In this document: positions 35,452-43,504 of the stretch, in pieces | Position numbering within the stretch: the first letter of the stretch is position 1 | How the letters are laid out: every line of letters begins with the position of its first letter | Origin: Catajapyx aquilonaris | Taxonomy: Eukaryota | Direction: 5' to 3' | Assembly (NCBI GenBank): GCA_000934665.2 | Contig: KZ538189.1 | Coordinates: 62,001-105,504, forward strand | Length of the DNA stretch: 43,504 nt | Notes under the pieces: generated by a model | Seen by the model: only the letters and a program-made list of their open reading frames with translations | Told to the model about the DNA's origin: nothing | Database searches by the model: none | Program-made: the position numbers and the translations under genes

Positions 35452-36681
35452 TTGCTGCTTCCTATTGCGCGTGCCAAACATATACCTTTCCCTTTCAACA
35501 CACACACTCTCTAGGGGATATGTGAATACACACACACTCACAGGCACACATATGCAGTGATATTGCTTTTTCGACCTGCTGCCCGAACGCGATAGACCAA
35601 ATACGGGCTTCACTCTAGTCAGAAGTATATGTCAGACAAAAAAGTTTCAGACCTATACAACCATCAGCACACCAGCAAGGTGAAGGTCACCTTGCTACAG
35701 TGCTGATGATTACATAGCGTTCGGATACTTTCATCTACAAATCAGGCGACCGATGCACACACCAACAATGAACAAAAGTATGTTCCACCAAGTCGTTAAT
35801 TTTCATTTTTGGCGCTTTATTCAATTAGTTTGTGAAATACTAAGCTTTTGCCGCCTTCCGTCTGGAAATCAGAAATTCAAACCCTCCCCAAGCCAGTGCA
35901 ATGCTCCAATATTATTCATTCCCCCCTTCCTTCCGCATCGTTTGCATAAATTGATCTCGACTAATTAATTCGGGTCCAGAAATATCAAGTCCCCCCCCCT
36001 CAAAAGGGACATTCCATCAGATACGCTTCGTCAGTCACATTCAACGCGGTTACAGAATATCCGCAAGTTCAACAGAGGCGCACACACATTCTGGACGTAT
36101 ATTTTAGTGGACAACATTGGACACGGTTCTGTGACATATTCCGATACCTTATTCTGTTGCACGATCTATTTTTTTTTTTTGCCAGCCAACCACAACGTTG
36201 TCAGAATGTGCATAGGTCGGACAGAGAGAGAGAGAAAAAAATGCATAAATATCGATATCGTCGTGAAGCCAATGTCAATATTTTTTTTTTTGCATCTTTG
36301 CAACTAGGGCAACAAAATGCTTCATCGCCCCCCTCCACTTTTTGTCGGGTAGCATGTGGCGAGGCAACACCAAACTAATTAACTGCATATATAATTTAAC
36401 GCAGCAGCGTCAATATTTACAGCCCTATTGGTCTATTAAATTCGCATTATCTGCAAAAACATTGGCCTCATTAATAAGGCTAGCTAGAGCGTATAACACT
36501 TACACACAACAGAAAAAAAATTGTCCTGAAGAGTGATTTTCAAATATCCCCTAAAGCTTTTTTTCACTCGGGTGTATATATGAAAATCACGCAAAATGCC
36601 CAGTACTTTTGAATCGCAATGTTTGTGAGCGAGTGCAACAGCGGCATAGTAACTCAATTAACACCACCGGAAGCAGCTCGT

Positions 36682-36708
36682 AGCAACCAATATCGTATAT
36701 TGGTTGCT
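36682..36708. repeat. Short perfect hairpin (12-bp stem, 3-nt loop) downstream of 5-HT7
   Basis: agcaaccaatat-cgt-atattggttgct. Confidence 0.65.
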
Positions 36709-39700
36709 CTGAGATCTCCACCTTTCAGTGTACAGTACATGTGTAACATGTTTGCGTGACTTTCTGATCACCCTCTATTTACCCGAATACATCGCGAAAT
36801 TGTCATCCTTTTTTTGCCGTGTATTTATCAATATTAGGTGTGATTAAAAAAGTTTCTCGCCTTATATTCGGGTAGATTTGATACAGTATTCAGTAGCAAA
36901 AAAAATGGCCAAAAAATGGTGTATTCGCAAGGTGTCTTTGTGATTTTTAATTTTTTGTGGACACGATGGTGTTGTGCGTAGAGGTGAAGCTCCGGGGGTT
37001 TATGCAGAGAGAGTTATGGAAGGAGAAAATGTAACTTTTTTGTAGCCCCATCGTAAAAACCGTTGTCAGAACATCGTCCGTGTTATACCCGGGTTTTATA
37101 TAAGTCAGGGCTATTAAAAATGGCGAAACTGGTGTCTCCTCACCAGATCTTGATCTAAACATGAACACTTAAAAGCCTGCAGTCAACTCAAAGTAATATT
37201 TCTGCGACTCCTCAGCTTTACCTCTATTCGATCCTTTCAGACTGGTGTCTCAGGACCACCCTCCCCATACCCTCTCCATTCAACAAAATGTGGAAAGAAA
37301 ATCTTTTTCAAAAAAAAAAAAAACTACCCCCCTTGGAAATGTGTCGCTTCCTACTATTGTAGCGCCAACTTGCGAAGCCCTCTATTTTTCCATCGTGTGC
37401 GTGTGAATGTGCGTGTGAGTTGTCCCAAACGTCAACACGAACCGTATGTTTTTCTGTGTGATTTTTTTTCCCCTCCCTTTTAAGTTTTGTGGAACTCCAA
37501 ACACACACACACACAAAAAAAATAAGAGCAGTGGTGTAATGATGTGAATAAAAGAGCGTATGTTTTAAAACGTCGGGTGTGATCCTCAAAAGTCTTTTTC
37601 GTGGTGAGGGCCAGACCGTGACAAGTTCGTCTCCTCGCCTATAAGTGAACTTCCTGCTTTGTCGCCTTACCCCCGGAGAATATTACATCAGCAGGCAGCC
37701 TTTGAAGAGGAGAAACCAAAAATGGTAAGCACTTTCCAAATTTGTTTAAAAAAAAATCAAGCCCCTTTAGGTGCGAACTTTTTCAATACAATCCGGCTGA
37801 AGTTATTCGTGTTTATCTATATAGCGCTGGTCATTATGTGCGATTGCATCTGTTAAACGCTTGCCTGGTTACAACCAAGTGCTATTTTGGCTCCAGCACC
37901 CAGAGAGGATCCGGAGGTGCAGTCAGCTGGGACTAATTTCCGGATTCGATTCCTCCGGACCATGAGAGAGAAACTCGGGGCGTCAGGAATGGCGGTTTCT
38001 CAGCTTGTCTCCGGAGATTCCCATTCTATTTGCCAGGTTGGAACCAAGGGAGATTCCGGAGGGGACGATAGTAGTTTGCTATTGGAGAGGGAGTTGTAAT
38101 AGTGCTCAGCAATTGTGCTTGGAAATTTTTAAAAAATGTTTCGAGTAGCGTACGGTTTTTTTCATAAACAAACTCGTGCATCACATTCCCGCAAAACGGC
38201 CCGAGAAATGTGCAAATAATATTTGGTTCAGCCTCATACTTCAAATGCAAAAAAAAAAATTTAACCCGTGGTCAGTGAATGGGACACCGCGTTTCATTAC
38301 GTGTCCTGCAACAATTACATTGCACGCGATATTTGCTAACGTATGTGCTGATATCACACACACAAAAAAGAGCTATTAGAGTGTCTGGTTGGTCGGGTCA
38401 GGTCAAGTCTATTGCATACTAGAAATGCAATAGTGTGTATAGCCGCTCGGTTTTGATGCGGCCTCGCCCGACTAGAAACCTCGCTAGAAACGTTACGAAA
38501 CAACAGCCAGACTCGACTAATTCATTTCCGTGTCACAACCTCACCCCCCAGCGTTTATTGCGTGCACTCCCGGTCGGTTGTTTGTAGACTTCTCTCTACC
38601 CACCAACTAATTCCGGGGAAAAAACCTATCCGGGATTTTACGCTTACTGTTCTCCGACACGTGGAACATGACGCACAGGGTGGTGCACTGACCACATACC
38701 CAAATCAATGCACACAAAAAAAGAGGAAGATATCCGCTCTAGCAACCATGTTTGAAACGAATCAACCTGCATTTGTACATGTTGCTGGGGTGAACAACCA
38801 GTTTCATCACTTACACCTCAGTGTTAATATATGTACCTTTGGCGGTGCACCACCCTGTGTGTGTGCCTACTCTTTTTAGATACTCTTTGTGTTTGTTATG
38901 AGCAAATAAATGCGAGGATCGATCCCTCCGCACGCCCCATTAAATTGGCCCCGGAGACTTAATCGTCGAGTCCGGAAGTTTCAACTCTAACTTAATAGCC
39001 ATTTTTTTTTGCGCAAACCAGTCCGTACATATATAGATATCCTGCGCTAACACAAAAGCAGTGGAATTTTCGGATCCGGGCAAGGCTGTATACTCAGGTC
39101 ACGTTTTCCAAATTTATTTTTTGGGGGGCCGACAGGAATTTGAGAGGTGCTAAGCATAAGCCACACCCTAGTCCACTCAACTGTGCGGATGCATGGTCAT
39201 CAATTTGGCCGAATATGCATAAGAGGCCTCTGGGTCTGAAAAATTGACGACCAGATTAGGGAAAGGGTCCCGAAGAAAATGGTGCAGTCAGCACAGTGAG
39301 ATGAGAGCGATCAGAGAAAAAAGCATCGTCAGATCATTTACCTCGGCTTTAAAAAAAAAATGGTGCAATGACCATTACTCAGTGACATGTATGCAGCAGG
39401 TTCATTTCCTTCACTTCCAACGGGGCACTCTTAAAACTATAGATGGTTATCCTCTCAGTACGACTGAGTTGACGCAAAATGATAGCGCACATGCAACCGG
39501 GTTTTTTTTGAACGAAATTATGCGAATGACCTAGGAAAAGGTGTAATGAAGGCGCAAATTTTCACTCGGTTATTTGCATTTTAATGTACAAGCGTGAGCT
39601 CCCAAAATTCAGGTAATCATGCAGGGATGTGGCATAGTTGTCAGTTTCAGATTCTTTTCGTTATACATGACAGCTGACGGGCAGCACCTTTTTCTGGCGA

Positions 39701-39925
39701 TTAAAGTTTATAACATCAAAATTCAATTCTGAGCTAAAAACTTTTTTTTTTCCCAGCAGCTCATGGACTAAGCTCAAGATTTAGAAATCAATATGCTATT
39801 ATTGGACGGTATCACGGACAAATCCGCTCGGCCCGTTTCAAAAGCAATCAGCACGGGTCTATATATATATGATGGTGGGTGATTTAGCTTGGTTCTCTCC
39901 GCCAAAACTACCGTTGAACACCGGT

Positions 39926-39933
39926 TGACGTCA
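39926..39933. promoter_or_regulatory. Palindromic CRE downstream of 5-HT7
   Basis: Exact TGACGTCA match; function not demonstrated. Confidence 0.22.
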
Positions 39934-42744
39934 TAAATTTAAAACTCGTAACACGTCGTTTCTGTACCAAGAACTTGAAATATTTATTATCAACCAAAAA
40001 TTCTCTGTGCAATTTCCCCCATTAAAATTGCAAGGACACGCCTGCAACCAATATTATGTTGGAAGCGTAATTTTTGTGTGTAACAACAAATATTGTGCCT
40101 TGGTTTTAATGAGCATCGTGAACAACAAGGCTGGAATTAAACAAAAGGCATTATGGCAATGGGAATAAACAAAAGTATCATTTTTAATGGGCGGGGTATA
40201 GAACGCTCCCTGTGGTTGTCATGTTTAATTTCAGGAAAAACTAATTACTCATACGCCCTATACGTACTATGCAAGTAAGTCGCAAGATTTGCAAATTAAA
40301 TGGCAATTCAATAACGGTACGCATCACTTAGTTCACCTGTATAGTTAGCGGTGTTGAATTCACCGCTAATTCGATCTGAAAACACCATGACCGAATTCAT
40401 AACGAGTAATTAATTAAAACTGGTGGGAGCTCTAGTCCAGCTGTCATTTTCGATCAAAGGACTGCTGGATTTTTTTAAAAAAATAAAAAAGACCAGTCCT
40501 TCAAATTATTTTACACAAGATTCGCTGTAATCATAGCGTCGGCTTTCACAACTTTATTTGCTCCCGGGGTTTTCCATGTAATAGCTCACGATGCTTGTAT
40601 AAAGCCCGAGTCTGTACAGACTGATTAATCGCCTGGCATTTGAAATTACAGGGATTTGCGCCCTGCAGCATCCCGACCCAATATACCCTTGGTCCCACCC
40701 CCTTATTCCACTCGGAGTAGCATCCTTTCATCAAGAACAAAACTGGAAAGTTGTTGTTGGCAACTGCGGGGGCTGATCGAACCCAACCCCCTCGAAACTC
40801 CGGGATTAATTATACGGAATGCGCCTATTCAGCTGGCATCACCCAGAGAGGGTGACAAAACATTTCGTCTGTACCTGACTCCCAGTTAAAGTTCAATGTT
40901 CAGACGCCAACGTGTGTGTTAAGGGGTATCTGGACGCCCCAAAAGTGATTTGCATTTCGGGCCCAAATCAGACCCAAATGAGTCACGACTTTTGTTAAAA
41001 TCAGCAGACAGCTCCCCCAAAGCGACTTTTTTTTCCTTTAGCTAAAACCGCATCAGAAAAAAAGGGTGTCCATGAATGGACAGGACTCCCATTTTGTATC
41101 CCGATGGCTTACGGCTTCATTAGTGGCATTCAGACCTGGCCAAGTGCGCTGTTGAATGTCTCTCCGGCTCTAATCGGACGGAACTCCCCCAGTTTTCATT
41201 CGAGCTCCAAAGCAATTTTAAAACCTGGATCCCGAGGTGTGAGTCTCTCCTACGGGGCCTGTACGATCGGATTCCCCGAATAGAAAGAAGGAGTGGGGTT
41301 GGTAAAAAACATTAGCGAATGTATATATCGCACGTAGTCAACAAGGTCCGATTCACACAAAAAATACCCCCCGCAGGAGAGGTGCTTCTAAAAACAGCGG
41401 TGAAAATATTCAATGAAGTAACTCGTGCCGCAAAATTTCGCCATGCAAAATATCGCTGAGTTAAAAAGAGAAATAAAGATAAAAAAAATCCACGCCTTAT
41501 TCAAATCTGCACTGCAGAAACACGTGTGTGCGGTAATAGAATTTGTGCTAAACTTCAAACTTCCAACTTTTCAAAGTGTCGCACTTTTTTATGTTCGGTA
41601 TACATCAAGGTACGGCCAGGAAATATTGCGCTTATCTGAAAATCACAAAATAGTTTTCAGGACAGCAGACTTTGTCCCTATAACAACCATGTGATTACAT
41701 TTTAAAAAATCAAGATAATCGTATCCAAATTATATTCGCACTAATATATTTCGCTGGCAATATATTTACAAATTAGTTGACAACCACAAAAAGTTGCTCC
41801 AGTTGGTAGCCAATTAATTAAAACTGAAATCGACAAAATGAAGCGCAACAGAAAGCCTTGACCCCTCATTATACAGTCATTAACTGCATATTGCCGTATT
41901 TATTTGTGAACAAATAATGAAAATGATCTATAGCTTTCAATATATGGGATGAGTCAATATTTCGCGTTTTATACACAAACTGATCGGCAATTAACAGAGA
42001 CATCAACATTAAAATAATGTTGTCTTTTCTCTTAAAGTCGCGAACACCCACAAAAAAAATATTGTTCGCCGCAAGTCTTGCGTCATTAATTTAATTTCCG
42101 TCCGCGAGTATCTGATTACACTGTTTCATTTTTTTAAAGGAAAACGCTGTATATTTTTGGGACAGACTGGAAAACTAAAGCAGGTCCGTATATAACATCA
42201 TTGGTATCCGTCGTCATGACTTCTGATGCAATTTGGTGGTCTAGCAGCTGGAACACGAACAAGAAACTACGTTTCTACAAATTGCCGACAACAACTCGGG
42301 GTTTATATTGGGAACGAAGAAAATGCGGGGGATGTTTCTTAGTATACCACACAACTCTATGCACATTCCTAAAAGCAATCCTGGCGATTCTGTACGATCT
42401 TTATAAAAAAAAATACAAGTCATTGTTAGGAGACCGGCTACAGTATGCAGTCAATCGGTATTTAACGGTCAACGAGAGTTACTTCATTGAACTTTACGGG
42501 GGCATCGGAAGTGCCACTCTGGCGTCTCCCATAAGGACTATGTTGACACACATCCCTCCTATTATACTATTATACATGTTACGTCACACCTGGGGCGGGA
42601 TATATAGAGAGTTTACCCCGACATTAACTCCTGGTCTAGAGGTGAGATGAGGCCGACGTGACGTAGCCCAAACCATGTCATTAATCCGCGCAAGATGGGC
42701 CCGATCGAACGAATTTGCAGGGGTCAATATTGAGTCTCTGGAGA

Positions 42745-43424
42745 GGGGGGGATGTTGGGTGTGGGGGGTTGGGGACATGGTGGTGCTAGCTGGCAGGGTG
42801 TAGGACTAGAGAGAGAGAGAGAGGTTGGTGGAGCATGAAACCTGACGGCTCCCGCGTTTCCGCCTTGATGGCAGCCATTTGTCTCCTTCATGACCCAACC
42901 CCTGGCTTCAAGAGAGGCGCCATCTCCGGCCATAATCAACTGGCCAAGACGCTACCCCTACCAAGCAGGCCTATCGCCACAATCCGGAGAGAAAGAGAGA
43001 GAAGAAGAAAAAAAAACCCCCACTATATTCGACTTTGAACAAAAGTTCACCTGTTCGTAAATTGAGCATCTAAATGGCTTCTAAAGTGGAGAGGATTATT
43101 TTGTGCCATTGTATTCAGGCATCATATGCAATAATTTTGTCTTCAAGTTGAAGTAGATGTTGGTGTTATCTGTGAGGCTTTGAGTGACCACACCAGTACT
43201 GTCCGTCTTGTGGCCCTGCCAGGCACGGTACATCGCATTGCGTGATAATTTCGCTATTGTTCCAGCAAAAGGACCCATAAATAATTTCTCGCCTATTGCC
43301 TCTCTGTTTGGGGCGTTGCCAAGGCTGGCGGCCATTTTGAAACGGGGGCAACGCCAACGAGGTATAAATAGGGTACAGGCAGGCCGTAAAGGTCCGCCAT
43401 CTTTGATGGTTTTGGCGGCCATGG
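42745..43424. promoter_or_regulatory. Candidate regulatory block (PRE-like, or promoter of a gene beyond the window): GAGA runs, Pho/YY1 sites, G4 motif, TATAAA
   Basis: (AG)8 at 42808-42823 and GAGA runs at 42987-43002. GCCATHWY matches at 42919, 42929, 43331 and 43396. TATAAA at 43363. Confidence 0.3.
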
Positions 43425-43504
43425 GACTTCACAGCAAGAACACGCGCGAATTCGAATATTTTTGCCGTACTTACGGAATTAATACGTAGAAAAGTGCAAG
43501 GAGC

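Noticed and set aside
35490..37515. Short (AC)n and (AG)n microsatellites and a gtgtgcgtgtga tandem downstream of 5-HT7
   Set aside because: Ordinary short simple repeats.

Overview
Eukaryotic, arthropod-like (probably insect) genomic DNA with GT-AG introns and two head-to-head neuronal genes. (1) Minus strand, ~1-7.6 kb and continuing off the left edge: the 5' half of a two-pore-domain (K2P/TWIK-family) potassium channel gene. It has two different, paralogous M1-cap-P1 exons (4238-4598 and 940-1525). Both end in TTI-G| at phase 1 and both fit one shared exon (189-391) that completes the GYG filter and encodes M2. This implies two channel isoforms with wholly different N-terminus, cap and first pore helix. 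(2) Plus strand, 33898-35451: an intronless 517-aa class A GPCR recognisable as the arthropod serotonin receptor 5-HT7, preceded by a 3-codon uORF in strong Kozak context. The non-coding DNA holds a perfect 207-bp-arm inverted repeat abutting a second hairpin (5098-5658) and a second double hairpin (11342-11456). It also has a perfect DR1 nuclear-receptor element, four palindromic CREs, an NRF-1/EWG plus double-CCAAT promoter-like cluster between the genes (~23.1 kb), and a Pho/GAGA-rich block at the right end. No RNA genes, CRISPR arrays or intact transposons were recognised; the other listed ORFs look spurious. All calls were made by eye.
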